From an uncultured delta proteobacterium (GTDB lineage: Bacteria; Desulfobacterota; Zymogenia; Zymogenales; Zymogenaceae): 64,000 nucleotides of DNA. Numbering within the stretch: position 1 is the first letter of the stretch; each line of letters opens with the position of its first letter. Location: contig CAWBYW010000016.1 in NCBI GenBank assembly GCA_963792965.1, positions 224,001-288,000 of the forward strand. The letters are read 5' to 3'. Shown in pieces: positions 63,495 through 64,000 of the stretch. The notes beneath the pieces are model-generated. The model saw only the letters and a program-made list of their open reading frames with translations. It made no database searches and was not told the DNA's origin. The translations under genes were made by a program, and so were the position numbers.

Positions 63495-63690
63495 AGGAGT
63501 TATCTGACGTGAGCCCCCGAGGGATTAAAGCGGTGGGCGCCGAGCCCCACTGTTGTCCCCCGGGGCTCTCAAAAGGGTTATATCAATCCCCGTTTTCACG
63601 ATAGAGCGACGGCAGGGATGTCACCCCCCGTTCGCTGTTCCAAAGACAACCGGCACAGGTCTCGTCGACCCCTGCCGGCCGACCGACAGT

Positions 63691-63719
63691 ATCTTACCAC
63701 CGAATCCGGGGAATTTGAA
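63691..63719 (-). promoter_or_regulatory. sigma70-type promoter for the PHP gene
   Basis: Minus strand TTCAAA-N17-TAAGAT with TG extension. Confidence 0.45.
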
Positions 63720-63782
63720 TCTTTTTTTGGCGCTCCCCCGCTTTTCTTCCCCCTCGGTGCTCACTTTATCCCCTCATTTTTC

Positions 63783-63837
63783 TTGACAAAAAAAAACAGC
63801 CTGTGGTATAGTCCCGATTTGAATGAGCACTCATTCA
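63783..63837 (+). promoter_or_regulatory. sigma70 promoter with a downstream perfect operator palindrome (target gene lies beyond the window)
   Basis: TTGACA-N18-TATAGT, then TGAATGAG-CA-CTCATTCA (63820-63837). Confidence 0.75.
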
Positions 63838-64000
63838 TGCAATCGTACGCTTTTGGCTTTGCGGTACGTAAAAGAAGGCGGAAGAGCGGGCCTCGTTCTA
63901 GGGAGGGCACGGGCGGTATCCTGAAAGGCCGTGTCGGTACGGTGGGGTGGCGGCTCCATGACGGAGGTGGCGCCCCGGGGGGGACGGGTGGAGGAAGAGA

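Overview
GC-rich bacterial chromosomal window with a deltaproteobacterial (Desulfobacterota/Myxococcota-like) gene complement. Most of it is core or housekeeping: rplU-rpmA-obgE-proB-proA-nadD-rsfS-gpmI, ilvE, tmk, ndk, rlmN, bfr, comM and degP. These are interspersed with many signal-transduction genes (two hybrid PAS kinases, an NtrC-type activator, a CusRS-like pair, a GGDEF protein), acyl-CoA metabolism genes and four metallo-beta-lactamase-fold hydrolases. I found no tRNA, rRNA, CRISPR array, transposase or integrase. The most notable items are: (1) an operon of two Cys-less SCP2/Ltp3-Ltp4-like thiolase-fold genes plus two DUF35 genes, a probable acyl-CoA retro-aldolase module; (2) a complete sigma-54 promoter with enhancer and IHF sites driving a decayed receiver-domain operon; (3) an AT-rich tandem pair of membrane-protein paralogues; (4) a Tat-signal-only mini-ORF; (5) a structured, switch-like leader on a PHP gene; and (6) about 12 single-base frameshifts in conserved genes, whose pattern points to an assembly or strain-mixture artefact rather than biology.
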